A DNA stretch of 64,000 nucleotides from an uncultured delta proteobacterium (GCA_963806225.1 CAWDXG010000001.1:960001-1024000); one strand, 5' to 3'. Positions 1 through 13,561 are shown, numbered from the stretch's first letter. Made by a program: numbers and translations. Notes: a model not told the origin generated them from the letters alone.

Positions 1-1907
1 CGCCATCGTCATGCTCGAGAACGTCGTGCGCCACATGGAGATGGGAAAATCGCCCTTCCAGGCTGCGCTGGATGGGGCCGGCGAGATCGGCTTCACCATC
101 CTCTCGATGACCATCTCCCTGGTGGCCGTGTTCGTGCCGTTCCTGTTCATGGGCGGCATCCTGGGGCGCTTGTTCGAGGAGTTCGCGGTGACCATCGCGG
201 TGGCGATCCTCGTGTCGGGGTTTGTATCGCTGACGCTCACGCCGATGATGGCGAGCCGCTTCATCCGGCCGCCGCGCGGCGAGCACCACGGGCGCCTGTA
301 CCAGGCGTTCGAGCGCGGGTTCGACTGGATGCTGCGCATCTACGACAGGAGCCTGTCGTTCGTGCTCAGGCACGCACTGTCGACGGTGCTGGCTTCGGCC
401 GCGGTGCTGGTAGCGACTGTGATGATGTTCCGCGCGATCCCGAAGGGCTTTTTACCCACGGAGGACGACGGACAGATCTTCGCCATGACGGAAGCTGTCG
501 AAGGCATCTCCTTCGACGCTGTCAAACAAAGACAGCAGCAGATCATGGCGATCGTCCAGAAGAACCCCTACATCGAGCAGTTCATGTCGAGCGTGGGGTC
601 GCGTGGAACCATGGGCGGTTCCAACCAGGGCTTCATGTTCATGCGGCTCAAGCCGCGTTCCGAGCGTCCGGGGGTGCAGCAGATCATCGCCCAGCTCGCG
701 CCGAAGCTTTCGCAGGTTCCCGGCATGCGGGTGTTCATGCAGGTGCCGCCGCCGATCCGCATCGGCGGCATGCTCACCAAGAGCGAGTACCAGCTGTCGC
801 TGCAGGGGACGGACACCAAGGAGCTCTACCGCTACACGCCCATCCTCGAGTCGGAACTCCGGAAGCTCTCCGTCGTGAGCGACGTGACGACCGACCTGCA
901 GCTCAAGAATCCGCAGCTCTCCGTCGAGATCGATCGCGACCGCGCCGCGTCACTCGGCGTCAGCGTCCACGCAGATCGAGGATGCGCTCTACAGCGCCTA
1001 CGGCAATCGCCAGATCACGAACATCTACGCGCCGGACAACACCTACCAGGTCATCCTGGAGCTCGACCCGTCCGACCAGCGCCAGCCCTCCGCGCTCGAC
1101 AAGCTGTACATCCGGTCTTCCAACGGCAATCTGGTGCCGCTGACGGCCGTTGCGAGCGTCAAGCAGAGCGTGGGCCCGCTCTCCGTGGCCCACGCCGGGC
1201 AGCTGCCGGCAGTGACCGTGTCGTTCAATGTGCCGGAAGGGATCGGCCTGAGCCAGGCGACGGACGCGGTCGACGCCACGGCCCGCAGGGTGCTGCCGTC
1301 GGACATCACGACCCACTTCCAGGGAGCCGCGGAAGCGTTCCAGTCTTCGCTCCGCGGTCTCGGCGTGCTGCTGATCGTCGCCATCTTCGTCATCTACATC
1401 GTGCTGGGAGTCCTGTACGAGAGCTTCATCCATCCGCTGACGATCCTCTCGGCGCTGCCGTTCGCTGGCTTCGGCGCGCTACTCACGTTGATGATCTTCC
1501 ATGTGGATCTGAACGTGTACGCGTTCGTCGGGGTGATCCTGCTGGTCGGGCTGGTGAAGAAGAACGGCATCATGATGGTGGACTTCGCCATCGAGGCGCA
1601 GAAGGACCCTGCCAACACTCCGGCGCAGGCGATCCACCAGGCGTGCATGGTGCGCTTCCGGCCGATCATGATGACGACCATGTCCGCGCTGTTCGGCACC
1701 CTGCCCATCGCGCTTGGGCTGGGAGCCGGAGCCGAATCGCGCCAGCCTCTCGGCCTGGCGGTAGTCGGCGGCTTGCTCTTCTCGCAGGCGCTCACGTTGT
1801 TCGTGACGCCGGTGTTCTACGTGTACATGGAGCGATTCCGCGAGTGGGTCTCGGCGCGGCGCGCTGGCGGGCACGGCGCGTCCCCGGCGGGCAGCGCGGC
1901 CGAGTGA
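1..1907 (+). CDS. RND efflux permease (AcrB/MdtB-C family), 5'-truncated by the window edge, +1 frameshift near 968
   Basis: AIVMLENV, LTLTPMMAS, GFLPTEDDG in ORF 11; VKKNGIMMVDF and RFRPIMMT in ORF 1134..1907; removing one C near 968 restores GVSVTQIEDALYSAYG. Confidence 0.93.
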
Positions 1908-2007
1908 CCGGCTTGGCGGCCGGCGCGGATTCCGTGCAGGTGGCGCTAGCCGAGCCCGGTCCAGACGACTACCCTGGCGGCCTCCTTCGAGTGGGGGTCA
2001 GGTCATC

Positions 2008-3539
<1,532 letters not shown>

Positions 3540-3540
<1 letters not shown>

Positions 3541-4610
3541 TGCTCCGGGCCCATTTCCCCAGCTGCAGATGCTTCTCCGCGCCGTCGTTGCGGATCATCG
3601 CGCTGGCGCTGGGCCTCGCGCTGCCAGCCTACGCCGCGCCTCCCGCGGAGTCGGCATCCCCCTCGGCGAAGTCAGCGCCGCCGGCGTCCACCCCGGCGGC
3701 CCAGCGCAAGGCCGATGCCCGGCGTCACTTCAAGGCCGGGGCGAAGGCGTACGCCAAGGGGAACTACTCCGAGGCGATCGATCAGTTCCTCGAAGCCAAT
3801 CGTCTGGTGCCGAGTCCTGCGCTTTCTTTCAACATAGCGCGCGCCTACGACAAGATCGGCAACACCGCCCAGGCGCTGTCCTTCTATCGCGACTATCTCA
3901 GGCGGGCGCCGGCCGCGAGCGACAAGAAGACCGTGCAAGCCACGATCGAAGCGCTCCAGAAGAAGTTGATGCAGAAGGGCGTCCAGCAGGTCACGGTGCT
4001 GTCGAAGCCGGCGCGCGCGACCGTGGTTATCGACGGTCAGCCTGTCGGTGTGACCACGTGGACCGGTGAGCTCTACCCCGGCCGGCACAGGCTGTCGCTG
4101 CGCCTCGAGGGCTACCAGGATACCGACAAGGTCTTCGAGCTTCCCGCGCATCGCGCCGTCGACGTGCAGGTGGCGCTGGCGCCGAAGCAGGAGAAGTCCG
4201 CGCCGGCTGCTCCGGTGCCAAGTGCTGCGCCGCCTGCCAGGCCCGTCGCTCCGCCTCCCGAAGAACCTGCCCGCAGCCACGTAGGCATCGCGCCCTGGAC
4301 CTGGGCGGCGCTGGGCGTTGGAGTCGCCTCTCTGGGTGGCTCGCTCGGCTTCGAGCTGGCTCGTGCCAGCTCCGAGCGCCAGTCGCGGGATGCTCCCACG
4401 CAGGTGGAGGCGGCCGACCGCTACGACACGATGAAGAGCCGGCAGACGGTGGCGCGCGTGCTGCTCGGCGTGGGCGCGGCAGCTACCGTTGCCGGTGGCG
4501 TACTGCTCTACCTGGACCTCACCCACAAGAAGAAGGAAGCCGGATCCGAGAGAGTCGGCTTCGGATGCGATGGCGTGTCGTGCGGGGTCGTCGCGGGAAC
4601 GGTATTCTAG
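3540..4610 (+). CDS. Exported TPR + PEGA domain protein
   Basis: Signal peptide; TPR-like ARRHFKAG..YAKGNYSEAIDQF..FNIARAYDKIG; PEGA-like SKPARATVVIDG..GVT..LYPGRHRLSLRLEGY; TGATG overlap with the kinase. Confidence 0.88.
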
Positions 4611-4613
4611 GCC

Positions 4614-5741
4614 ATGCCTGGCTTTTCCCTGCGCCGGTGGCGTGCGCCTCTCCTGGTCGCCCTGGGCGCCGCGCTCTTCGCAGCCTGTACGGCCGATCCG
4701 CTCCAGCTCGAGGGAAGGGCGTGCGGTCCGGGCGGAGAGTGCGTAGACGGCTACGTCTGCGATGCGGCGCGGAACGTCTGCGTGCAGGGCGGCAAGGACG
4801 CGGGCAGCGGCGCGACCGGCGGTAGCGGCGCGACGGCGGGTAGCGGCGGTGTGGACGGCAGTGCGGGCAGCGGCGCGAGCGGCGGCAGCGCGGGCAGCGG
4901 CGCGAGCGGCGGCAGCGGCGGCAGTGCGGGCAGCGGCGCGACCGGCGGAACAGCGGGAAGCGGCGGAACGGCGGGAAGCGGCGGGTCGGGCGGCAATCCG
5001 GTGTGCAGCGGCACAACCGCCGATTGCGACGGAAATCCCTCGAATGGCTGCGAGGTCGACACCGGCACTGATCCGCAGAACTGTGGCGCCTGCGGGCGGG
5101 CCTGCTCGGGCGCTCACGTCGCGTCTGCCGAGTGCAAGGGGGGCCGCTGCACGTCGACCTGCGATGCCGGCTACGCCAACTGCACCCGTCCGGCCGCGCC
5201 GAGCGCGGACGACGGATGCGAGTTGAACGCGACGAGCAACACGGATTGCGGAGGTTGCGGCAATTCCTGTCAGTCGCAGGGCACCGCCGGTGGGCTGGTT
5301 TGCTCCGCGGGGGCGCAGTGCTCGTGCAATAGCGACAGCAAACGCTGCAATTTCGGCGGAGCCAAGGGCAGCTGTGACGGCGCGACGGGCTTGTGCAGTT
5401 GCAGCGGGACGGCGTGCCGCCCCGGCGAGGTGTGCAGCAAGTCCGGGGGCACCGACGTGTGCACCTGCAATGGCAAGGCGGGCTGCGGGCCGGGGCAGAC
5501 CTGTTGCCAGAGCCCGGCCCAGTGCGTCGACCTCGACACCAGCGCCGGGAGCTGCGGCGCGTGTGGACATGCCTGTCCGGCGGGATTCTCCTGCTCCGGC
5601 GGGATATGCGGTTGCACGGGCGACAGCCAGTGCAATGCCGGCAGCGCAGGCAGCTGCGACACCGCTTCCGGCCACTGCGTGTGTGGCGGAAAGACCTGTG
5701 GCGCTGGTGAGCGCTGCCTGCAGGGCGGCGGCTGCGGCTAG
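4614..5741 (+). CDS. Cys-rich lipoprotein with Gly/Ser/Ala linker (myxobacterial CGACGxxC repeats)
   Basis: Lipobox LFAAC; DCDGNPSNGCE, NCGACGRAC and SCGACGHAC motifs. Confidence 0.85.
   Translation: MPGFSLRRWRAPLLVALGAALFAACTADPLQLEGRACGPGGECVDGYVCDAARNVCVQGGKDAGSGATGGSGATAGSGGVDGSAGSGASGGSAGSGASGGSGGSAGSGATGGTAGSGGTAGSGGSGGNPVCSGTTADCDGNPSNGCEVDTGTDPQNCGACGRACSGAHVASAECKGGRCTSTCDAGYANCTRPAAPSADDGCELNATSNTDCGGCGNSCQSQGTAGGLVCSAGAQCSCNSDSKRCNFGGAKGSCDGATGLCSCSGTACRPGEVCSKSGGTDVCTCNGKAGCGPGQTCCQSPAQCVDLDTSAGSCGACGHACPAGFSCSGGICGCTGDSQCNAGSAGSCDTASGHCVCGGKTCGAGERCLQGGGCG
4800..4995 (+). repeat. Low-complexity GGS/AGS coding repeat (flexible linker)
   Basis: Imperfect repeats of gcgggcagcggcgcg encoding AGSGASGGS. 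Confidence 0.8.
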
Positions 5742-5896
5742 GCCCGCGCGGCATCGGAATCAGCGGTTTGCCCCCATCGGTCCCCCCGATCCTGCCTTCC
5801 GGCAGCGCGTCGCCGGTCTCCGATCTTGCCTTTGATCCAGCGGGGAGCTAACGGTGCCCGTCGTTCGAGTGGTCGATTCAGCCTGGAGGCATTGCG

Positions 5897-7222
5897 GTGA
5901 CGTGGTCCGAGGTCACAGACCGCCTCAACACGGACGAGCTCCGCGAGGTCTGGCCGATCCTCTCTTCAGAGGATCGAGTCGACGGGTTCAGGCTGCTGTC
6001 GCGCGAGGATGCGGACGACTTCTTCATGAGCCTGTCGTCGTACGGCCAGTCCGACATCATCCTGGGCGTCCCGCCCGGCGAGCGGCGGCTGTGGATGCGT
6101 CAGCTTGCGCCCGACGACGCGGCCGACGTGCTTCTGGAAGTGGAGCCGGAGGAGCGCAGCGAGCTGCTTTCCCTGCTCGACGAACCGACCCGTCGCGAGG
6201 TCACTGCGCTGCTCGCCTACGCCGAAGACGACGCCGGCGGCTTGATGAACCCGCGCTTCGCGCGCGTGCGGCCGGACATGATCGTCGACGAGGCGATCAG
6301 CTATCTGCGTCGCCAGGCGCGCGACCAGATCGAGACGATCTACTACATCTACGTGCTCGACAGCGAGCAGTGCCTGCGCGGCGTGGTCTCCTTCCGCCAG
6401 CTGTTCCGGGTGCCGGGCCACAAGCGTGTCGACGAGGTCATGGAGACCGACGTGGTGTCGCTGCCGGAGGACATGGACCAGGAGGCCGTTGCGCGGCTCA
6501 TGGCCCAGCACGATCTGGGCGCGATGCCCGTCGTGGACGCCGAAGGGCACATGAAGGGCATCGTCACCGTCGATGACATCGTCGACGTCGTAGAGGAAGA
6601 GGCCACCGAGGACATCCAGAAGATCGGCGGTATGGAAGCGCTGGAAGCGCCCTACCTGCAGACCGACTTCCTCACCATGATCAAGAAGCGCGGCGGCTGG
6701 CTCGCCGCGCTGTTCATTGGCGAGATGCTGACGGCGACGGCGATGGGTCACTACGAGGACGAGGTGGCCAAGGCTGTCGTGCTGGCGCTGTTCGTGCCGC
6801 TCATCATCTCCAGCGGCGGCAACTCCGGTTCACAGGCCTCCACCCTGGTCATACGCGCGATGGCGCTGGGCGAGGTGCGGATCGTCGACTGGTGGCGCGT
6901 CGCCGGCCGCGAGCTTCTCGCCGGCCTTGCCCTCGGTGGGCTGTTGGCCTCGATCGGCTTCGTGCGCGTGCTGGCATGGCAGGGCGTTTTCCACAGCTAC
7001 GGCCTGCACTACATGCGCGTCGCGCTGACGGTTTCGATCAGTCTGGTCGGCGTGGTGACCTGGGGCACACTGTCGGGCTCGCTGCTGCCGTTCTTGCTGC
7101 GCAAGCTGCGCTTCGACCCTGCGAGCGCCTCTGCGCCCTTCGTGGCAACGCTCGTGGACGTGATGGGCCTCATCATCTACTTCAGCGTGGCGCGGCTCCT
7201 CCTGAGCGGCACGCTGCTCTAG
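5897..7222 (+). CDS. mgtE: Magnesium transporter MgtE
   Basis: MgtE N domain, CBS pair, GGNSGSQASTLVIRAMALGE, DPASASAPFVATLVD; GGAGG at 5885-5889 before GTG. Confidence 0.96.
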   Translation: MTWSEVTDRLNTDELREVWPILSSEDRVDGFRLLSREDADDFFMSLSSYGQSDIILGVPPGERRLWMRQLAPDDAADVLLEVEPEERSELLSLLDEPTRREVTALLAYAEDDAGGLMNPRFARVRPDMIVDEAISYLRRQARDQIETIYYIYVLDSEQCLRGVVSFRQLFRVPGHKRVDEVMETDVVSLPEDMDQEAVARLMAQHDLGAMPVVDAEGHMKGIVTVDDIVDVVEEEATEDIQKIGGMEALEAPYLQTDFLTMIKKRGGWLAALFIGEMLTATAMGHYEDEVAKAVVLALFVPLIISSGGNSGSQASTLVIRAMALGEVRIVDWWRVAGRELLAGLALGGLLASIGFVRVLAWQGVFHSYGLHYMRVALTVSISLVGVVTWGTLSGSLLPFLLRKLRFDPASASAPFVATLVDVMGLIIYFSVARLLLSGTLL

Positions 7223-7308
7223 GTCTCCAGCATCGGTCAGCGGCGGCGGGCCCTGCGCTTGACTCGTCGGGACGCGTCGGCCTGACTCGACAGACGAGGT
7301 GAACAGAC

Positions 7309-8590
<1,282 letters not shown>

Positions 8591-8646
8591 AGCCGCGCGC
8601 CGCAAATCCGGACCTACGCCGGAGAGCTCGAGCCGCACGCGCGGTC

Positions 8647-8661
8647 GCGCAGATGGTGCGC
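8647..8661. promoter_or_regulatory. Palindromic enhancer-like site GCGCA-N5-TGCGC
   Basis: GCGCA GATGG TGCGC, 72 bp upstream of a sigma54-type promoter. Confidence 0.7.
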
Positions 8662-8733
8662 CAGCGCGCCGCACGGACGCTGGCATTGCGCTGCGCCCCA
8701 CGGCTCGCCCCGTGATCGTCACGCGGTGCCCTG

Positions 8734-8749
8734 TGGCAGGGACGTTGCA
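8734..8749 (+). promoter_or_regulatory. sigma54 (-24/-12) promoter of the LonC-USP operon
   Basis: TGGCAGGGACGTTGCA, GG-N10-GC. Confidence 0.75.
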
Positions 8750-8784
8750 TCCAACCCGCGCATTGCACGCCTGGTTCGAGCCCC

Positions 8785-11235
8785 ATGAAACCTCACGACG
8801 CCGTATCCTCCGCGGATCTGCGACGTACCTGCGATCCCGGCTCCCTTCCATTCGAGACAACCGCTGACCTGGAAGTCCCGGAGGCGCCTCTCGGGCAGGT
8901 CCGGGCGGTCGCGGCGACGCGCTTCGCGGTCGAGATGCGCCGCCATGGCTATCACTTGTTCGTGATCGGACCGAGCGGCACCGGCAAACACCGGTTGGTG
9001 CGTGAGTTCCTCGCAGGCGCGGCCTCGGTCGAGAGTACGCCTCCCGACTTCTGCTACGTCCACGACTTCGACGCTCCGCACGTTCCTCGCGTGTTGAAGC
9101 TGCCCGCGGGAAGAGGCCACGTCCTCTGCGACGAGATGGCCAAGCTCGTCGAGGAGCTCAGTGCCGCCATTCCCGCGGCCTTCGAGAGCGAGGAGTACCG
9201 GACGCGCCTGCAGGAGATCGAGGACGAGTTCAAGCAGCGACAAGAGGGCGTGTTCGGCGCTGTCCAGGAGGAAGCCCAGAAGGGCGGCGTCGCGGTGATC
9301 CGCATGCCAAGCGGCATCGTCTTCGCACCGATGCGCGACGGCGAGGTCCTGAGCCCGGATGAATTCGAAAAGCTCCCCGAAGCCGAGCAGAAGCGCATCA
9401 AGGCGCTCGTCGAGACGCTGCAGTCCAAGTTGCAGAAAGATCTCAGACAGCTGCCCCAGTGGGGGAAGGAGATGCGCGACAAGGTCCGCGAGCTCAACCG
9501 GGAGGTCACGCGCTACGCCGTCGAGCAGACCATCGATGAGCTCAAGAAGCACTATGTCGACCTGCCGGCGGTGACCCGGTACCTCGACGCCGTGCGTCGC
9601 GACGTGATCGACAATGCGGACGACTTCCGGAAGGACGAGGACACACCGAACGCTCTGTCCGAGGCGGTCCCCATCCGCCGTTTCGCGCGCTACAGCGTCA
9701 ACCTGTTGGTCGACAATTCGGGGACCGAAGGCGCGCCCGTGCTCTACGAGGATCGCCCCAGCACCGACCGGCTTGTCGGCCATGTCGAGCACCGGGCGCA
9801 ATTCGGCGCTCTCGTCAGCGACTTCACGATGATTCGTGCGGGCGCGCTGCACCGGGCCAACGGCGGCTATCTGCTGCTCGATGCGAGCAAGGTCGTCACG
9901 CAGCTGCACGCCTGGGAAACCCTCAAGCGCATGCTGTTCTCGCGCGAAGTCCGTATCGAATCGCTGTCGCGCATCCTGGGCCTGTCGAGCACGGACTCTC
10001 TGGAACCTGAGCCGATCCGGCTGAACGTCCAGGTCGTGCTGTTCGGTGATCGCCACCTCTACTACCTGATGTCCGAGCTGGACAGCGAGCTCGGCGAGCT
10101 GTTCAAGGTCGTCGCCGACTTCGAGGAGCAGGTCGATCGCAGTCCCGCCAGCGAGCTCGAGTACGCGCGGGTGGTGGCCGGCATCGGCCGCCGCGAAGGA
10201 CTCAAGCCCTTCGATCGAGGGGCTGTGGCACAGCTGGTCGAGATCGGCTCGCGGCGCGCGGAGGATTCCTCCAGGTTGTCCGTGCATCTGCGCGACCTTT
10301 CCGACCTCCTGAAAGAGGCCGACCACTTTTCCGAGCGGCGGGGAAACGCCGTCACCAGCCGCGGCGACGTGCAGCAGGCGCTCGACGGACAGATCTACCG
10401 GCAGAGCCGCGTGCGGGAACGGCTCGAGGAGGCCATCCTCGAACGCCGCCTGCTGATCGACACCTCGGGCGAGCGTGTTGGGCAGATCAACGGGCTCTCC
10501 GTGATCACGCTCGGCAAGTACGCGATCGGGCATCCGATGCGCATCACGGCCACCGCGCGGGTGGGCGATGGGAAGCTGGTGGACATCGAGCGCGAGGTGG
10601 AGCTGGGCGGTGCGGTCCACTCGAAGGGTGTGCTCATCCTGGGAAACTACCTCGCTTCGCGCTTCGCGCGTGACTTCCCGCTCTCGCTTTCGGCGAGCCT
10701 GGTGTTCGAGCAGTCCTACGGCGGCGTGGACGGCGACAGTGCCTCGCTGGCGGAGCTGTGCGCGCTGATCTCGGCATTGTCCGGCGTACCCATCCGGCAG
10801 GCGATCGCGGTGACCGGCTCGGTGAACCAGCTCGGCCGCGTGCAGCCGATCGGCGGCGTCAACGAGAAGATCGAGGGCTTCTTCGACATCTGCAAGGCTC
10901 GCGGCCTGAGTGGGGAACAGCGCGTGCTGATCCCCGGCGCGAACCTGCGCAACCTGATGCTCCGTTCTGACGTGGTGGAAGCCTGCGAGCGCGGAGAGTT
11001 CGGCGTGGTCGCGGTGGACAGCGTGGACGAAGCCATCGAGCTGTTGACCGGTCGCTCTGCCGGCGTCGCCGACGAGCAGGGCGAGTTCGAGAAGGGATCT
11101 GTCAACCAGCTCGCTTCCGCGCAACTCCTGGAGTTCGCGGTCATCGCCGAGGGCTTCTCGAAGTTCGTGAAGATCGAGGACGACTCCACGCGCTCGAGCG
11201 ACGGCGCCTCGAAACGGAAGTCCCGGCGTGGCTGA
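8785..11235 (+). CDS. Lon-like (LonC/AAA_32-type) protease, peptidase S16
   Basis: GPSGTGK, GALHRANGGYL, GQINGL, catalytic DGDSAS Ser and IGGVNEK Lys; no TM segment. Confidence 0.93.
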   Translation: MKPHDAVSSADLRRTCDPGSLPFETTADLEVPEAPLGQVRAVAATRFAVEMRRHGYHLFVIGPSGTGKHRLVREFLAGAASVESTPPDFCYVHDFDAPHVPRVLKLPAGRGHVLCDEMAKLVEELSAAIPAAFESEEYRTRLQEIEDEFKQRQEGVFGAVQEEAQKGGVAVIRMPSGIVFAPMRDGEVLSPDEFEKLPEAEQKRIKALVETLQSKLQKDLRQLPQWGKEMRDKVRELNREVTRYAVEQTIDELKKHYVDLPAVTRYLDAVRRDVIDNADDFRKDEDTPNALSEAVPIRRFARYSVNLLVDNSGTEGAPVLYEDRPSTDRLVGHVEHRAQFGALVSDFTMIRAGALHRANGGYLLLDASKVVTQLHAWETLKRMLFSREVRIESLSRILGLSSTDSLEPEPIRLNVQVVLFGDRHLYYLMSELDSELGELFKVVADFEEQVDRSPASELEYARVVAGIGRREGLKPFDRGAVAQLVEIGSRRAEDSSRLSVHLRDLSDLLKEADHFSERRGNAVTSRGDVQQALDGQIYRQSRVRERLEEAILERRLLIDTSGERVGQINGLSVITLGKYAIGHPMRITATARVGDGKLVDIEREVELGGAVHSKGVLILGNYLASRFARDFPLSLSASLVFEQSYGGVDGDSASLAELCALISALSGVPIRQAIAVTGSVNQLGRVQPIGGVNEKIEGFFDICKARGLSGEQRVLIPGANLRNLMLRSDVVEACERGEFGVVAVDSVDEAIELLTGRSAGVADEQGEFEKGSVNQLASAQLLEFAVIAEGFSKFVKIEDDSTRSSDGASKRKSRRG

Positions 11236-11971
11236 AGAACGTCCGTTCAAGGTCATCGTCGGGCTGGACCTGACAAGCGCCGCTGGTAGCGCCGTCGAGA
11301 CCGCAGCGTTGCTCGCCGCGGTGCTCCGGAGCGAGCTGTCCGGCGTGTTCGTCGAGGACGAGTCCCTGGTCCGCGCCGCGGCGCTGCCTTTCACCTCGCT
11401 GGTGCACAAGAGTGGGACGCTCGGCCCGATCGATACACTCCGTCTCCAGGGCATACTGCGGCTCGCGGCAGCGGCTGCGGAGCGGGCGCTCACCCGGGCC
11501 GCCCAGCAGGCTGGACTGCCGTCGAGCTTCCGCACCGCCCGGGGAAGGTTGCTCGCGCAGTTGCTCGCCGTCGCTGCCCAGCACGATCTGATCGTGTTCG
11601 GGGCCAGGGGCACGGCCGACCCCGGTCCTCCACGCCGCGGTCCGGTTGTCGCGGTGTTCGAGCGGGCGGCCATGGGCACGCCTCTACTCGACCTCGCGGC
11701 GGCCATCGCTGCGGCTCGTGAACACCGGCTGGTCGTGCTTGTGGGCGCGGACGGGGATCGGGAGCCGTTCCGCTCGGCGGTGGCGTGGGCCGAGCGCGGC
11801 CGGGCGACCGTGCGTTCAGTCGACGTGATCGAGGTGACCGGGATCGCGAGGGCGCTGAAGCGCGAGCATGCGTCGTTGCTCCTGGTCAGCGCGGCCAGCG
11901 CCTGGCTCAGGGAGTCGTCGCTCAGGGAGCTACGCGAACAGGCCGACTGTCCGCTGGTGCTGCTCCGCTAG
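11228..11971 (+). CDS. Universal stress protein-like (tandem USP fold)
   Basis: VIVGLD..AVETAA.LA, DLIVFG, C-terminal ADCPLVLL; overlaps the protease stop. Confidence 0.7.
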   Translation: MAEERPFKVIVGLDLTSAAGSAVETAALLAAVLRSELSGVFVEDESLVRAAALPFTSLVHKSGTLGPIDTLRLQGILRLAAAAAERALTRAAQQAGLPSSFRTARGRLLAQLLAVAAQHDLIVFGARGTADPGPPRRGPVVAVFERAAMGTPLLDLAAAIAAAREHRLVVLVGADGDREPFRSAVAWAERGRATVRSVDVIEVTGIARALKREHASLLLVSAASAWLRESSLRELREQADCPLVLLR

Positions 11972-12074
11972 CGCCGGCGGCTGCGCGCCGGCAAGCACGA
12001 CCGACGTCGAGCAGGTTGCCGGACCAGGTGTGTGGCGTGCGACAAGTCCGGGAAGTATAGGAGCTCTGGAGCCC

Positions 12075-12671
12075 ATGAGCGGAGGCAGGCCCTTGAAGCG
12101 TTGCCGGATCGTGCTGACCGGAGGTCCCGGCGGAGGCAAGACCACCGCGGCGGATCTGTTCCGCCGCGAGCTCGGCAGTCGAGTCGTGATCGTCCCGGAG
12201 GCAGCGACGATCCTCTTCTCGGGAGGATTTCCGCGTTCGTCCGAGCCCGGGGCCTCCCGTGCGGTCCAGACGGCGATCTACCAGGTGCAGCGCAACCTGG
12301 AGGATGTGCAGTCGGAGCTGTATCCGGAGCGCATTCTGTTGTGCGATCGAGGTACGGTTGACGGCGCCGTCTACTGGCCGCCGGATGGCGACTACTTCGC
12401 GGCGATGGGCACCACGCTCGATGAGGAATTGGCACGCTACGACGCGGTCGTGTTCTTCGAGACCGCGGCGCGGGGTGGGCAGTCCATCGAGGGCGGCAAC
12501 CCGGTGCGGATCGAATCCGACGCGGAAGCCGTGGCGATCGACCACGCGCTGCGCGAGCTCTGGTCGAAGCATCCGCGGTTTTCGCTGGTGCCGAACGCCA
12601 GCTCGTTCTTCCAGAAGATCACGTTCGGGCTCGCGGCGATCCAGAGCATCGTCGCGCAGCTATCGGAGTGA
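12075..12671 (+). CDS. AAA_28 (NadR/Ttd14-like) P-loop NTPase
   Basis: IVLTGGPGGGKTT, VPEAAT, LCDRGTVD. Confidence 0.85.
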   Translation: MSGGRPLKRCRIVLTGGPGGGKTTAADLFRRELGSRVVIVPEAATILFSGGFPRSSEPGASRAVQTAIYQVQRNLEDVQSELYPERILLCDRGTVDGAVYWPPDGDYFAAMGTTLDEELARYDAVVFFETAARGGQSIEGGNPVRIESDAEAVAIDHALRELWSKHPRFSLVPNASSFFQKITFGLAAIQSIVAQLSE

Positions 12672-12763
12672 CGGCTCGACCGTCTTTTTGCCGCCGGTTC
12701 GAAAATGAGCGAAGCCCCAGCCGGTGTCCGGCTGGGGCCCGCCAGGCTCACGATGAGCTCTCG

Positions 12764-13159
12764 TTACCAGCGGTCGCCGCCGCGGTCGCGTCCGCCGCGA
12801 CCCCGGCCGCCGCCGCCGCCGCCACGGCCACCGCCGCCGCCGCCGAAGCCGCCGCCGCCGCCGCCGCCACGGCCACCGCCGCCACGGCCGCCGCCGCCGC
12901 CGCCGCCGCCCTGGCGTTCGCGCGCCGGGTTCACGACGAGCGGGCGCCCGTCGACCATTGCGCCGTTCATCGCATCGATCGCGGCCTCGGCCTCGTTCTG
13001 CGACGCGAACTCCACGAAACCGAAGCCGCGGGATTGCCCGCTCATCCGGTCAATGATGACAGTGGCTGACACCACCTCGCCATATTCCGCGAATGCATCA
13101 CGGAGTTGATGATCCATAGTCGAATAGGCAAGGTTGCCCACATACAGTCGAACGCTCAT
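12764..13159 (-). CDS. RRM RNA-binding protein with Gly/RGG-rich tail
   Basis: RNP2 LYVGNL, RNP1 RGFGFVEF, poly-Gly/RGG C-terminus. Confidence 0.95.
   Translation of the reverse strand: MSVRLYVGNLAYSTMDHQLRDAFAEYGEVVSATVIIDRMSGQSRGFGFVEFASQNEAEAAIDAMNGAMVDGRPLVVNPARERQGGGGGGGGRGGGGRGGGGGGGFGGGGGGRGGGGGGRGRGGRDRGGDRW
12775..12912 (-). repeat. (GGC)n-rich tract encoding the RGG tail
   Basis: Long ccg/ccgcc runs on the + strand. Confidence 0.85.
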
Positions 13160-13454
13160 CTCTATCTGCCTTCTCAGCCCACGCCATCGATCTCGACCTT
13201 CGAGCGAACGTCTGGCGCCAACGCTCCCTCCGATGCCCCTCCCCGGATGGGAGGCGAAGCAGCACACAGACCAATACTCGAGCGGCGGGAGCCGAATCGG
13301 GCAGAGCATCTGATAGCAGGCAGCCGCAGCCTATCACACCCCACGAGGTTTTCGACCCGCCGCCGGTGTCGGGACTTCTGCGCCCTCGTGAGGCCGCTGG
13401 GCCGGAAATGGGCGAGATACGGTTCGGGAGAGCGTGCGTGCCGGATCGCGGTCT

Positions 13455-13469
13455 GCGCAATCGATTCGC
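13455..13469. promoter_or_regulatory. Near-consensus enhancer-like site
   Basis: GCGCA ATCGA TTCGC (1 mismatch), 76 bp upstream of a sigma54-like promoter. Confidence 0.5.
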
Positions 13470-13545
13470 GTCCTGGGTGACTCTTCCGGCGGACCCGAGG
13501 GGTTCGTGGCTGGGCGCGCGCCTGGAGGCAGGTGTCCGCGGCGCC

Positions 13546-13561
13546 CGGCACGGTGCGTGCT
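13546..13561 (+). promoter_or_regulatory. sigma54-like promoter
   Basis: CGGCACGGTGCGTGCT, GG-N10-GC. Confidence 0.6.

Noticed and set aside
5742..5896. M-box riboswitch upstream of mgtE
   Set aside because: No recognisable conserved motif or terminator; an Rfam scan would be needed
7223..7308. SAM riboswitch before the Cys/Met enzyme
   Set aside because: Short region with no SAM-I/II core motifs seen
8719..11706. Long antisense ORFs (also 14821..17514, 3672..5675, 57666..59645)
   Set aside because: Shadow frames of real genes, expected at high GC with biased third codon positions
12775..12912. Non-coding repeat or CRISPR-like array (also 4800-4995)
   Set aside because: Codon-periodic low complexity inside CDS, with no repeat-spacer structure
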